This document shows, in pieces, positions 1 through 15,586 of a stretch of 64,000 bases of DNA (positions within the stretch are counted from its first letter, which is position 1; every line of letters starts with the position of its first letter). The position numbers were made by a program, and so were the translations under genes. The notes under the pieces were generated by a model. It worked only from the letters and a program-made list of their open reading frames with translations. It ran no database searches and was not told where the DNA came from. Origin of the DNA: Schmidtea polychroa (taxonomy: Eukaryota); NCBI GenBank assembly GCA_044892525.1, contig CM097885.1, positions 134,106,001 through 134,170,000 on the forward strand, read 5' to 3'.

Positions 1-699
1 AATAGTCAGAATAGGTATTTTATCGCGATATTCGCAGTTTTGTAAATTGTAGATTATACGAATTTGAATACAAACATACATTGAGTATTGTTCGTCTAAT
101 TGTTCTTTCAGAACACATGAAGTCAGCAACACCGTGTTAAATATTTATCTAATTAAAAACTCAGCAAAAAGGAAGTTTTTAGAATTATTTATACTGATAG
201 TGTAAGTACGACAATAAAAGAATTATCTCAGAAATACTAATCAAGAAATAACTTTTCAAGTTTATATTATCGTTCGGGAAATGTATAGAATGGAGGAGAC
301 AATTATAAATTATACGTAATGAATATCATATCGCTTTGAAAGGCAAAATGCATAAATAGAGAAACTTATCGAAGTAAAATAAATATTCATACTAAAAAAT
401 CAAATAATAAAAAGTTTGTTGAAATTTTGAATGGTAAAAATATATTTCTCGAATGGATAGAGTTAAAACTAAAGGGGAATAATGACAGAAATTCAATTTA
501 AGAGATGTCGTGATTCTTTTACTTTTACGTTCCATAATTTCATTTTTATCTGGAAAGTTTTCATTTAATCTGTAGAGGATCAAATAATTTTCTATTCTTC
601 TTTGCATGTTTAAATTTAGCTTATTAAAATTCTCAATTATGTCAACCAAATATGACAACTTAGAATCTTCTTCTTCTTCGCCTTCTTGCTGGAAATGTA

Positions 700-1330
700 T
701 TAGTAGTTCTTCCCTTTATTCGAAAAAAAACGATTCAATATGTGACCCTTAGAAAGCCATCTTATTTCCATATTGAGAATCAAGATGGTATGCAGAGCTC
801 CGATTTCTTTTTCAAAGTTTCGCCAATATTCACGAATTAAGTGGCTGAGACATAATTAATCATCATGACTTCTTCATCCAATACATGATTTAGTTCCAGT
901 TAAACAGATTTTACCACCAGTACCATCAGCAATGTATGATGTGTCAATAAGATATTTTCATTTTGTTTTTTACAATATGATACAAATCCTTTGAGACAGC
1001 CTATTATAGAGGGAGTATCATATCTGAATATACTTACACAAGATTCCCATGATATGCCAACAGATTGAAAATATGTATTCATTATGTTAAAAAGTTCTTT
1101 TCCAGTCGTAGTTTTTCAAATTTCCTACAACATAAAAAATCTTCTGTAATTTCTTCTTCTTCATTAAAACTAATACAAACTGAAAAGTGAGTTTTTTCTC
1201 CTGTATTCTCTTATATTCTCAGATTTATCTAACTGCAGATTCGTTGATTTGATTTTATAACATATTTTGATAGCAATTGACAAACCAAAAATACGTTTCC
1301 TCTCCGTATCATTTTATTAAAGAGTTTGCT
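700..1330 (-). mobile_element. Degenerate hAT (Buster/Charlie, ZBED5-like) transposase relic
   Basis: Minus-strand fragments read LQLDKSE, EDFLCCRK..TTGKELFNIMNTYFQSVGISWESCVSI..GCLKGFVSYCKKQN and IRWLSKGHIL, matching Buster-type motifs (LQLDEST, TDGA..M.G..KGFV, VRWLSRG). Several frameshifts; boundaries approximate. Confidence 0.75.
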
Positions 1331-3830
1331 TTGTTTCTTCAACCCTAACCCTATCCTTCACTCGGAGATAATCGTGTTATAATTTAATAAAACTTTTGCT
1401 AGGTATTGAAATTAAAATGCTTATGGGGTGCCCTAGTCAAACTCCAAAAAATTATCACATGTGGTGAATTTTTAAAAATATTTTTTTTAATGTCGAATCC
1501 TGCGTGTTGGAGATATTGAAGGTATGAACTGTTTTAGATAAGTTTTTACTTTGAGTTTAGAAAATTAAGAAACAATAAAAGTCCACAGAGGCTTTATAAA
1601 TGAAGCTTGAATACGTGTAAGTAAATAGATATAAAAATTAGTAGGTTGACCGCTTGATCAAATGGCTAAGATGTAGGCATACAATTCTCAAATATATAAT
1701 AATTTTTCATTTTAACATAAATTATTTCACATACTATTAAAGCCATTGAATTCCAATACTATTAAAAAATTTTCAATGTTCTTTTGGACAATTGCAACTA
1801 ATTACGATTATTATTAAATCCGTCATAATTATGTAGTGGGCTCTGGGTTATTGCGGTCGCATTTACCAAGTTTGAGATTATCCAAAATGTTGAAAAACTC
1901 GAATTTTATTTATTAATTTTTTGACACACGTTAATTAATAACCACTCGCGTTTGAATGACGTGCTACACCTTGTGTGCTCTTTGCTATGTTGCCAGTTCT
2001 ATCAATAAGTTAAAAATTTTGTAGTGGTTGACTTACTTAAATGAGTTAAAATAACATACAAACTCGATCTAACATGTATCGAAACATGCCTACATCCCCG
2101 TACATAATCTTTAATTTTAATTAATTTACCTTGATTTTAGACAACCCTAACAAATGGAGATTTTAAAAGATAAAATATAAGTTGAAAAATTTAATTTATG
2201 TTAATCAAACAAGTTTTGTCAGGAATTGTATAAATTTAGCAAGAGCAAGGAAGCTCTGAGTTACTAAGTTAAAGCTACAAAGTTCGATAATACCTCGAAA
2301 TATTTCATTTCGATAAATAAAAATTAGGTGGCCAGTAAAGTAAAAATAAGGTAAATATTTTGAACAAAATATTTATTTATGCAATAAGATTTTAAACGTT
2401 AAGAAAAAAACAAGAAACCTTTTATCATTTACTCATTTTTACTAGTAAGCTACGGTTCGATGTATGTGTAATATTAATTTATTATAAATTATTGTGCCAC
2501 AGTTGCCAGTGGTCAACAAGCTATGTTTGCAATGAAGATTGCGAACGTCTATTCCTTTGCATTGTTAGGTTTAATAATAATGAAAAGTTTTATTGATTAA
2601 TTTTCTGACTTCAATCGTCTTCTTTGGTATCAAATCGATGAACTCACAACACTATCAAAATTTATTGATATCACAATTTACAACACAAAATATATCACCG
2701 ACTTCCAAAATTTTTAAATTACAATGAACAATTGCAGTACTGTGTAGTACATACCAACAATTACACAACGGGTATGAAATTTAATAGTGAGTAAAACAAT
2801 TCTCCCTTCCTACATTATCACTTTAAGGTTTTATAAACGCCTGCTAGTAGTTAATATTTTTCAAAGGTAAATAATTTTTTAAAATTAATTTCGACCTTCA
2901 TGTTAATCTTCTTTAACTTAAGGTTTCTAGATTCATGAATACGGTTTTATTTAAATGTTATTATTTATTCTATTTAAATTAATTTTCCTGTTTCAGTTCG
3001 CTCATCCAAAATAACGTCCAAGTAAGGATTAATTTGTTTCTATTTTTATAAAACCCTAGCAGTATCCAAATACTGGTATGTGAATGAATCCAATTCATAT
3101 TGATGCATGGCATAAGCTGAGTGGCCAATTTCTTTTCGTTTAAAACATATTGTGTTTTTTATAAAATCACAATAAATCATTAAGAAACTTTTATCTCCAA
3201 CTTATTGTTTATTTGGTTTGAAAAATCCACTTTGGAAATGTTTAGCTTCTCATAGCATCGTGTATCGAATTGCTTACATTCATAAAATGTTTTGTTAAAA
3301 TGTTTTTTATAAAAATATAAGCAACCTTGTGTTGTTACTAATATTTTACATATTTAATTTCCTAACATAATAAGTGTAGGGCATCGAAATATAAATATAT
3401 TAATTAAGTTAAATGCATTATTAAATTAAGTAAATTAAAACAACATTGTTTAAATATTCTTACATACCAAAATTTCTATCTGCGCGGTAAAAATTTCGTA
3501 GCTGCGCGGTTTTTTTTGTTGATTTTGACAAAAAAAAATCATGTTAATTGATATCGGTGAATCATACTATTTTTGAAACGGAAAATAGTGATTCCCCGAA
3601 GATGTAGAGATTATAAGAGAGAAAAGGTTTACTAGTGAAAAACTATCAAATTTTTTAAAACTTGGTAGTCAACTTGAACAAGAAACTCTATATATGGATC
3701 CAGATATGGAGCGTGCCTTAAAATTTCGGAGAAATCTGACAGCAGCTTTAGCCCCATATGCTGAAATTTATAAAGACAAACGAAAGGCTGGTAAGCAATC
3801 AGTGTTAACAAGCATTTTTCAAAAACATAT

Positions 3831-4635
<805 letters not shown>

Positions 4636-6285
4636 TAAAACCACGTTATTTATATTTAATTTTTATTTATGTTTATATTCGTTATGTATAAGTCGTTGAA
4701 TTGAGACTGTTTTCTATAGATTTTATGTTTATATTAATGTAAATATGTATATTAGTCGTTGAATAAAGACTTTTATTTATATTTTTTGCATTTTTTCTAA
4801 TATCTGGAATTTAACCCCATAATTACATATAAAATCGGGTTCACATTGCGCGGTTTCGGTTTGCGCGTTGTTTTTGTGGAACGTATATACCGCGCAGTTG
4901 GATGGTTTACTGTATTTTGTAGCATATTTTACATTTAATTATGTTATTACCATTATAGCAGTATTACACTACATAAACGTACATGGATTACAGTGATGAT
5001 GATATAATCATTACACTTATTGGTCACTATCACGCTTACTGTTTTTCAAGCTCTCTTGAGATTATTTTCTATCAGTCGAACAATTTTCTAAAGCATTGTG
5101 AAATTTTGAAATCTTTCTAGTCGTTTGTATCGAGTATAGGTCATTATCTTAGTTGAAAGCGAATAGCATTATTTTAAATACAGCTCGGCATACAAGAGTA
5201 AAATGTTAAAAGAGACTTCCTGACCACCTTAATAGAAATAAAAGATAAAATCCAATCTCAATTTAGACAAAAAAAGATTTTGTACAGAAATAATGGCTTT
5301 TTTCTATTGTTATGAAATTTAATAGATTTTTATTTGTTATAGATATTTACTTCATTAGTCGCGTGTCCATTGTTTTCTATAACTTTATTTCACTTTCTGT
5401 TATTTAATATGCTTTTAATTACATATAAGAGGTTAAAATATCTTGTGTTATTTTGTTATGTAATTCAATCATCTTTGCTGGATAATTCAAAGGGTTGAAG
5501 GTAAAACAAGATGACATAAAAAGGGGTAGTAACCGGAAAATTTAATTAGTTGAGTGGCCCTTACAAAAGAGTTGATAAAGAATAGTCGAAGTAAATATTA
5601 ATTTCGAAACGCAGGAATCAACGTACTTCATATATTGAAAAGATTTCGGTTACTTCTAGAGAAGAAGTTCTAAAAAAGAATATGGAAAGCAATGACATTT
5701 ATCTATTTGTGACTTTTGAAGAAAGTGGGCGTGAAAGTTACACTTTATATTTTTTACAGTGGTTGGCAACAAGTCAAGCATATTAGCGAAATTTACGAAA
5801 ACTGAGATGCGAAGACTATCATTGGTTTGTGAACACCCTTAAGATATTTTTGAAAAAAAATTCCTTACATAAGTTACTTTGACGACAGTTTGAATTGATT
5901 TCAGATCTGTAGATCACATATTAAGATGTTATATAGCTGTATATAATGATCATAGGAAGATAAAATTGTTGGGATATGTGCAAATTGTTCATAGAAATTT
6001 TGTCTCAATCTAGCTCCTTGTGTTCAATCAAAATCAATAATCAAATTCCAACAAAATAACTTTAAACAAACAAAAATTGATTACACCTTGGTTTTCCAAC
6101 AATTAACAAATGCTGAGGTAGACATCCGATAGATATCACCTCCAAATCAAATATAAATTTTGGTTTGACTAACTTTATTCGAATAAATCGCTTTCAACTT
6201 CGTCCCTGTTTCCTCTTTACCTGATTAGTAAAATATTATTAATTTAACTTTTTATTTATCGACCACTGGCAATTTTACGTTACAT

Positions 6286-7290
6286 TTATCCTTTCCCTTT
6301 AATGGGAGTTGTCATCATCATTATTTTTTGTTCGATGGGTTTGTTATCTTGTTTTTTTCTTCCAATTTCACCACTGATTATTTTTTCCATTGAATTTATT
6401 AAAACGAGAGTTTGAAGATTATAAATCAATAATATATCGATGTTTGTTGATACTCGCGAATTTCCGGCACTGACCTTTTCAAGTGAATACATTGTTATTT
6501 CAAATCCGCTAAACCCAGTATTTTGAACTCTGTTGAAAACTCGGAAAGTTCATTTATTTTCAAATATGAAAGTTGTCATTTACATAGTTCAACAGCAAAA
6601 AATCAATAATTACATTAAATGTTAGAAATATAAATTTATCAAAAGCCTTCAATTCAATATCCGGTGTATTTTGTTCCTCAAACATTCGTTTTCTTATTCT
6701 ATCTCGTGTTTTGTCACTTAAATATTCATGTATTGATACAAGTTCATTCGCTTGCTTTTTCATTTCATTAAAATTGTTAGAAGCTATAACATTTAATTCT
6801 TCGGTCATCAAAATAAATTACTAAGACTATTAAATCCAAAATTATATTTCATTAAATCTGATTATATAAACAAATATTCTTGGGACATTTTCTAAATTTT
6901 AATTTCAACCAAATATCAACATACCATCGCATTCATACTTGAATTTCAATTTTATTAAAAATTATTTTATTTTAAAATTTCAATTATCATTTCAATTTTA
7001 ATATCTTAAAATAATTTAAGTTTCAATTAAAACTTTACAAATTTTAATCATGAACTAATTTAATTTAGTATTTTAATTTTAACTCCTCACAATAATTATC
7101 ACGCGTTGTCAAAAGAACATTTAAAAAGAGATTTATATATTTTTACAACACTGAGAATATTAATACTGACCTGTTGAAAAGACTGATTTGTTGCGTTGAA
7201 TCTGCTCATTAATGTGCGCCATATAACTATCATTATCCCTGTATCAAACTCGTTAATTTTGTTATTCAAATATTTTGTCTCCTGGCACAT
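6286..7290 (-). mobile_element. Degenerate hAT (ZMYM1-like) transposase relic
   Basis: ORFs 7099-7290 (DTGIMIVIWRTLMSRFNATNQSFQ) and 6560-6811 (RIRKRMFEE..DKFIFLTFNVIID) match central hAT helices (W..IL.RFN..SK.LQ; RKR.FDE..KFR..TF..IID). Confidence 0.65.
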
Positions 7291-7859
7291 AGTTCGATTT
7301 TGAGTATTATCCTAATATAATTCACTTAGAGCAATAAGCAATGATAAGCAATGAAATATTGGAACAATACAAATTTGGAAATGGTGTATCATCGATAAAT
7401 TTTTAAATAAAAAATGCAAAGAAATTTAAAAAAAATCATACTAATGATATGATATAAATTCATTACATCATTTCAAAACTCAATCTGGAATAAGCAGAAA
7501 AATGTGTTTAGTGCTCGAGGCACACAATCATACATATTAATGCCATGTAGTCAGATTAACGGGGTAAATGCAAAAACGAATATTATTAAATACCCAATTG
7601 AGCACAACATCAATCTCTCAAGTTGAGGTGCGACTATTTTCTACACAACCACAAAGTATTTCATTTGAATGGACATAAAAATTGTCTACTTATAGCATAT
7701 TCAATTTCGAAATGGTGTATGATATATGGCATAAAACAATTTCATATGGATGGTCAATAAGTTATTCAACATAGGAAGTGGTTTAATTAGTGTTGCAATT
7801 CATTATGAAAGACATAGCAATTAATGAAGTCACTTTATTTACAGACATCAATGTGAAAT

Positions 7860-10800
7860 TCAAGGTTTGTCACCAGATTTCCGATTCAAATAGTTTAAAG
7901 GATGACTGTCGGACATATGTTGCCAAAAATCGTCAATTTTCGTTGAACTGAAACCACATTCTTCACAAATGAATATTTTCTCTCTTCGTTCTTTATAACC
8001 GTAAGGCAGAAACATGTTGTGAAGTTTTTTCAAATGACTTTCTAATGAACATCTCTGAGTGAAAGATTTGAAACATTTCTGGCAATGATAAGGTCGGACA
8101 CCTGAAATGGTTTTACTATCATTAATATCATCTAAAATTACAATGTGATTTTGATTCAATTTTTTATTATCATTTTAAATATATTTCGTCTGTGAGAATT
8201 ATTTATGGAATGGATCGTATAAAAACTTTATCTTTTACCATTCGACACTTTGTAAGTTTATAATTGGACTTGAAACGATCCAGAATAGTTGAAATAAGAC
8301 ATTTTTTATCAGGCCAACAATCGAGCATAAAAAACTAAAATATTCAAATGTTGATAATAGAATTGTTAATAATTAAAATCGAAGAACTCTAAAATAAATT
8401 TTATGAGGTAAAGCTACGGTGGCCATATTGAAAAAAATAAAAATGAAGAATAATTCAAAAATATTCATATTAATTAAAAAAATTATTTTTACATTGTCCT
8501 TTAACCCAAATGTTGCCACCGTCCTTTTAAAAGAACGCTCCTTATATATTTTTTTATTTTGCATACGCTAGTTATTTAGAGATATCTATAATAAGAATGT
8601 GTTTAGCACATCACAATTACAAGTCTTGACCAGTTAACTTCTTTGTTTATTCTTGATTTTGTATACACTGCGGTATTTAGTTCTATGATAGTGCAAGAAG
8701 TTTTATGTTTTTTTTGAATAAAATAGTTTTGGCAACATCTGGGTTAATTTTATATTTTTAATAATATGCATAATCCCATTGCAAAATTATTTAATATGTT
8801 TCCCAATTGAAAATTACCAGATATTGAAAATTGAAGATTTCGGACATGGAATACTAATTCACTTTCTTCCTATTACCAAAAATAAAATAGCTGATATTAA
8901 AATTTTTTTTAGGGAATATTAATAAAAATTTATATACATTTTTACATAGGACTGCTAGAGGAGAAAACTTGAAATGGAGGACAAAAGTGACTTTTAGAAA
9001 AAAAAATAATTCTAAATGGCTGTCATTTGAAATAAATAACTTATGGTCATCGTATGTATAGCTCATCAATTTTGAGTTATTATTGTTTATAACTGATATT
9101 TTTAACAAAAAAATCTTTTTAATAAAATTTCAAATAAAAACAATTCTAATTCATTATTTTTTATTATAAAAAATATCGAAAAAATTTTGTAAAATGCATA
9201 TATTGTGACTGTGATTATTTTTACCTTCAAAATATTATTTATCTTTTCTTTCCATTAATTGATGGAAACGTATGTCAACAAAAAATTTCACTTTTGAGAT
9301 ACAAGGGCCAAACTGTTCCCTCACAACAATTTGAAAATAATTCAAGAGCCATAATAATATTTTTATAAATAGGGAAAATTTAAAGTAATATTATTATATT
9401 AATTATATCTTTATTAAATGAAGAAAAAATCACACAAAATATCGCATGTGGTTCGCGAGTCGCAGTCTGCAGACTCTTGATTAAGATGACCACATGCAGT
9501 GCTGTAACTAGTCTCTCAGGTACTCTAGGAAAGATATATTTTTTCCCTAAATTTTTTTAAGGGTAAATATATGTGAAGTCTATAAATATAGGATAAGTAA
9601 TTTTAAGTAATTAATTCAATTTCAATTTTCTTGATTTTATTTAAACAAATTCCTCAATAATGTCATAATATTTTTCTTGATGTTATATTAAAAAAATCAT
9701 CTATAATATTTTTTTAGACCCAACTTAGGGCCACTTTTATCATACCCCTATACAAGTCCGGTTCCTCCGTTAGGCAGCTGCTTAGGGCCGCCAAATTTGC
9801 AAAATAATTTAAATAAGCATCTAAAACATTTTTTGAAATATTTTTGATAAATATGGATTGATAAAATAATGATGCAAAAATAATATTTTATATGTAATAT
9901 CGATACTTATATAAAAACTCGAAAAAAAACGAAAATAAGTTTTCCTCCAAGTCATTGATATGGTGACAGCAAAATCGAAATCCGCCACTGGTTCAGAATA
10001 GTCCAAAATTTTGTAACATTGCTTATAATTTGTAATTATAATTCTGTAATTAATGTAATTTAAAAACAATTTGTAATCTTAAATTTAATAAAGAAAAAAT
10101 GAACTAAAGGATTCCTTTTTAACGCGAGTGACTTCGATTAAAATGGAAATAAAAGAAACCTTTCAAACTATTTGTACGTCATTGTATAATATATACAAGG
10201 CCTATTTTTTATTTTTAATCTTGATAAAATAGTCATTTTACATCTAAAGATTTAAAAATTAATTGAATTATCATTTTTTAAAAAATATTATCCAATAAGA
10301 TAGACAATAATTAATAGGAAAATAAATTATATGAAATTATCACGAACAAAAATATTATAATAACCTGTATGAGTTCTGGTGTGCCTTTTCAAATCGAAAG
10401 TGTCATTGAATCCTTTTAGACAATATTTGCAGAGATATTTTCGTATTTTACTGTGACTTTTAATATGCCTATTGAATAATCGACTGTTTGTGAATTCTTT
10501 ATTGCATGTTGAGCAATGTAAAACGTCTTCCATGTTGTCATCTAATTTGAATGTTGATTATAAATCCAAAATCAAATAGAATTTTTCAATTCCTACCTTT
10601 GTTCTTAGTCGAGTTTAGTAATGAAGTTACATTCTTTTCATCGGCTAATGGATTTTTTATTCCAGCTCCATTATTTACGAATTCTATTGATGGTTTAGAA
10701 ATCTGGAATTTGACAAAATATTTCGATGACAGAGATTCAGTATTCGACTTACCCAATTAACGTTGTGGTCGAGAAATTTGGTATACGGCCAAAAGTGAGG

Positions 10801-10953
10801 TCGGTTCATTAACCATGAAAGTTGTGTTGGAAATCCATGAAATCCCGAATAAAAGTTTTCATAAGTGATTGTTTCATTTTTCTTAAGAATTGTTTCAATT
10901 CCGAATTTCAATTGATTAGAAATGCAGAAATTTTTGTTTTCTGTTGGTAACAT
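7860..10953 (-). CDS. ovo: Ovo-family C2H2 zinc-finger transcription factor, 4 exons: 10953-10753, 10702-10597, 10541-10365, 8101-7860 (241 aa + stop)
   Basis: Exon phases join cleanly at GT-AG introns of 50, 55 and 2263 nt. Protein has KPSIEFVNNGAGIKNPL (ovo N-terminal motif), fingers [63 protein letters not shown] and CEECG..HMSDSH. The start codon is the first in-frame ATG; an upstream exon is not excluded. Confidence 0.93.
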
Positions 10954-11862
10954 TTGATTGAATTTTCTGACATCTATCAATATTATTTATAAATGAATAT
11001 CTGTTTCATTACTTATTTGTTAGCGATTTCAATTGGATGGATTTTCCGCCAATTAAAATGAGTTATAATTCGCAAAATAATTACTAAGTAAGTATCAATC
11101 AATCTATGCTGATGTAATTTTATTCCAATTGACCATTTGGTATTGTATTGACCTCGGCGCAACTTTGATTTTCTTGTGACAGGTGAGGTAATCTACGCTT
11201 TCAAGAAAATCCCCAATTAATGAAAATTGAAATGACCACACCTGTTGGAAAAGGAAATTATGTCAATGATCTGTTAGTAAGCTTAAGTAAGGTGTGATTA
11301 GAAATGGGATAACAGTTGTAATACTAATGGACATCAAGTGTGCATAATTCAATATATACATATTATATCAGCACAAATTTAATAAACTCACAATGCGGGA
11401 TTTCCTCTTATGTAACGTAAACGCATTAGTGGTTATTATAAATCACTTAATGATAACATCAATTTAGGGATTAAAATGGTAAATCACACTTAATGACTTG
11501 ATAAGTAGATAATGGAGTGCTGCGGTGAAAGTCAGAAATATCATAGTGACTTTTTATAACGGATGCAATTAAGGCCATTAGGTTAGGGAGTAAAATTTTT
11601 AAATAAATTATCTTAGCCTGATAAATTATATTAATTATTAAAGATATGTTTGTGAATAAATAAATACAAAATCCTACGCAATTTAAAATGGTCCCGGAAC
11701 ATCTCAAAATTATCAGTAAGACTTTTTGTGATCAGTACATCAATGAGAAGTTTTGGCTACCCACCTGTATGAAATTATTTTTTTTAAGTGGACTTAATTT
11801 TAAATTTATTCCTAAAAAATTAAATAATTAAAAGTGTAATACACTTGTAATACATATATATA

Positions 11863-12936
11863 CCGTAATTATCCGAATATAAGACGCATCCAATATAAGA
11901 CGCATCATTAAAAATTGACTGAATTCAAGAAAATATAAGTAACCCAAATATAAGACGCATGTATAATTATTACATTAAATTTATATTACATTAAATTTAT
12001 ATTACATTAAATTTATTTTTTGTTTAAAATTAAAATTTCAGTTACTTAAATTTAAATTTTTATTTCCCTATAATGTCTTCTAAACGCTGCAGTTATACGA
12101 CAGGTTTCAAATTGAAGGTAATTGAAGCAGCCGAACGTATCGGAAATAGAGGAGCATCTAGAGAATATGGACTCAGTGAAGCTAATGTAAGGCATTGGAG
12201 AAATAATAAAAATACTTTAAAAGAGTGCAGATCCTCTACAAAGGCCCCTGGCAGAGGGAGGAAATTATTTTTTCCTGACGTGGAGAAAAAATTAGTTGAA
12301 TATGTTCATGAAAGGCGATTTTCAGGTTCCTCAATATCCACTGTAGAAGTTAGATTGAAGGCTTTAGAGTTAGTCAAGGAGATGTATCCTGGTTCAATAT
12401 TTAAAGCCTCGGCGCGCTGGTGCCAGCTCTTCATGAAAAGGAATGATATTTCTATAAGAAGAAGGACTTCGATTGCACAGCGACTGCCGGATGATGTAGA
12501 AAATAAGCTGCTCGACTATCAGAAATATATAATAAATTTAAGGAAAAGGCATGAATATCCAATTAGTTGCATAGCAAATGGGGATCAGACTCCACTAAGT
12601 TTTGATATACCTTCATTTCAGACATTGGATTTCAAAGGAGTCAAGTCCGTACCTATTAAAACTACAGGCAACGAAAAGAATCGGTTTACAGTTATGTTGG
12701 GAGCTTATGGTGACGGCAAGAAGATGCCGCCTTATGTAATTTTTAAAAGAAAATCTTTACCAAAGAACATTCATTTTGTATTAATTTATGCTTTATTTCC
12801 CTTGCCCATACCGGGTTTTCAGAAAGTTTGCTGAGTAGGAAAAAATATTTCCTGTTATACCCATGTATAAGACGCACCACGATTATCATCCCCAAAAGTG
12901 ATGAAAAAAAAGCGTCTTATATTCGGATAATTACGG
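11863..12936 (+). mobile_element. Internally deleted pogo-family DNA transposon
   Basis: Perfect 25-bp TIR CCGTAATTATCCGAATATAAGACGC, TA on both sides, repeated subterminal ATAAGACGCA motifs. ORF 12073-12834 has a Brinker-type HTH, a CENP-B-type HTH and the start of the DDE domain (ANGDQTP), then breaks off after LPKN. Confidence 0.95.
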
Positions 12937-13902
12937 TAATTTAGTTTGTCAATGTTGTTATAAAGATAAATATTTTATTTTATTATACTTTCAGCAATAG
13001 CGTACTTATGATTAAACAATGATAGTTTTAATAAAATATTTTTACGAAAATACACCGTATGTTAATTTTTTTCAATTGTTCTTAATGTGTTATACGAACT
13101 GATATTTTCAATTTCTTGGAGGGGCATTCTTCAGCATCCTTTTTTATCAACCACCGACTAACAAGATTATAATTAAAGGGTGACATTAAAAATCTACACG
13201 AAATCAATGGTGTAATTAATTAAACAATTTTTATTAGAAATTAAACAATTGAATGTTGAAATTGTAAAGTATTTGATAGAACAGGCGAATTATTTTACAG
13301 AATTAATTAATGTCTTAATTTAATTATAGTGAATTTTATTTTTATTAGAATGAATTTCCCTTTGGTATCTCTAGCAATAACTATTATTTAGGATAGTAAT
13401 AATGGAGTTTGAAATAAAAAAGTCCTGGTGGGATTAATCGAACCCTCCTGAAAATCTGGACATATCTAATTTAATTATTTTCTGTTTTTTAATTTATCAT
13501 TAATTTATTAATTCTTATATTATAAAGTAACGGCTACATTATCATTTGCATTTCCCCAATGATACTGTCTTGTACAATACTTTTTAAAATTGTCTGCAGT
13601 ACTGACTTCAGTAATTCAGTGCTAGTCGCCAGTCGCACAGGTATCGGATACAATCTTTTGTTTGGTCCTCGGCTTGGTCATTTCGCGGTAGTTTGACGAT
13701 TGAAGTGCAGAAAGAGTGTGGTATATATCAGAAACTCCGAGTTGAGAACAGCGTGTATAACTTATGCAGTTGTACTATGCTGTTCCGTGAGTACACTTTT
13801 TCACTTTTCACTAATTTTTCAACTACACTACGTAAATTTGTTGATTCTTTGAATATTCCTTTTATAAGAGATATATTAATATTGTAGGTTTTTTGTTCCA
13901 TA

Positions 13903-14500
13903 ATGGACATAAGAAAATTTTTAATATCTAAAGCAGATCTAACTAAAACTTGGTACAGCACGAAGAAGAAATTAAGAAAATAACAACAACGAGACAATAA
14001 CAAATTCTGAATCCGAGTCTAATTTCGACAATAACGTTAAGAAACTTTGGTTCAATTTTGAATCTGTCTCTAACTGCGATATATAATTTTATATTGATAC
14101 AAAATCAAAGCACATTTCTTCCGAACTTAAATATAAATTATTGTAAAATGTCTTGATATCAACAGAAGATTATAACTTAAAAGAAAGGCTAATAGAGAAA
14201 AAAGAGTTTTAGGCATACCTGACCTTCTCAGTACTCCAAAACCAAAAGTTGCACTTTGTATTTATTATGTTCTGTTTCCCAAAAACGACCATCGTGGTTT
14301 TAAATGTGCGTTTATTACGTCGGCTTTCTCGAAGTATTAAAATTTTCATCAATAAGCTAAAACCAGATTCAATCTTGATGGTACAAAGAATCTTAACAAG
14401 GTGCTTAAACATTTCTAGCTGTAAAGAAAGATTAAGAAAAAAATTATACCATATTTTATCTTCACTAATATTTTGTGGCACGAAAGACCTTTTTCTAAAA
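13903..14500 (+). mobile_element. hAT (ZMYM1-like) transposase N-terminal relic with TTF-type zinc finger
   Basis: Starts MDIRKFL; downstream YSKTK..VALCIYYVLFPKNDHRGFKCAFITSAF resembles the TTF zinc finger. Stops and frameshifts throughout. Confidence 0.5.
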
Positions 14501-14598
14501 GGAAATTGATTGGCAATGACGTATATATATGTTTCATATTAAATTTTAAAAAAATCTCACACAAATATATTTTTTTCATATAAAATAATATTTGTCCT

Positions 14599-15063
14599 CA
14601 GGCCCATAACAAGGGTGGTGCGAGCGGTGCAATTGCACAGGGCGCACATCTGAAAGGGGCGCGAAATTCGGATGTAAAATTTTTTTAGTGTTACCAAAAA
14701 ATATGAATAATTAAAAAAATTATCACATGTCATGCACGAAAAACGTCTCTAGCTAGCCTATCCTATCTTTACCATTACTGGTTGAACTGGTCCTGGATGA
14801 TGATTAAAATAAGTTTCATTTTGTAAAAGTTAATGTTAGTTCACAAAATAGGTTCCAGTCATTTTTTTCAATTAGCAACATAATTTTAAGAACATTACTA
14901 CCTAGTATAGTAGCTGGAGATGAATAAATATTAAATAGTTAACAATCGTAACATGAACATTATATTATATACTTTTTATAGTAAGCTTGTTTTGAATTCG
15001 CGTGATGGGGGACGCCAGATATATGAACCTCATACGGCGCAATAATGCTTTGTTACGGCCCTA
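14599..15063. mobile_element. hAT-type MITE
   Basis: Imperfect TIRs CAGGCCCATAACAAG / CTTTGTTACGGCCCTA with an exact 8-bp TSD TTTGTCCT (14591-14598, 15064-15071). Confidence 0.85.
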
Positions 15064-15110
15064 TTTGTCCTATACTGTAAACATTTCTGACATTGCCCAT
15101 GGATGGGATT

Positions 15111-15380
15111 CAGTGGCAGATTCGAGTAATGAAGTAGAGGATTTTTTATGTTTAAACTATTTTGTTTTTTTATAATTGTTATAAAATCGATAAATCTAAG
15201 CCTCTTACTAGTCTAAAAAACTATACTATTTATTATTTTAATATATTTTATTAATAACTATAATTTTGATGAAATGTCATCCTTCCTATAATCAGTAATA
15301 AATGCTGCAAAATTAAAAAAAGTATGGAAAATTCTTGCTAACTATCACCCACATTGCCCCTCCCTATAAATCTTCCACTG
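15111..15380. mobile_element. Old hAT-type MITE
   Basis: Termini CAGTGGCAGATT / AATCTTCCACTG; flanking 8-mers ATGGGATT and ACGGAATC only partly match. Confidence 0.55.
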
Positions 15381-15586
15381 ACGGAATCAAATAATTCAAA
15401 GAATTCGTTTATCCAGTATTGTTATTATCATGGTATGATGTTCTAACCTCGTGTCCCTTTAACAATAATCTCTTTCTAATTATTGTTAAAGTTAATAACG
15501 GTCTCCGTTAGAAATATAGAAAAATGAATGTTTAGCAAAGAATCCAACTTCTTGGATCTCGAGCTTGGGAATTTCTTGGGCCAATT

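Noticed and set aside
11966-12016. 16-bp tandem repeat (TATTACATTAAATTTA x3) as a CRISPR-like array
   Set aside because: No spacers; a simple AT-rich tandem duplication inside the pogo element.
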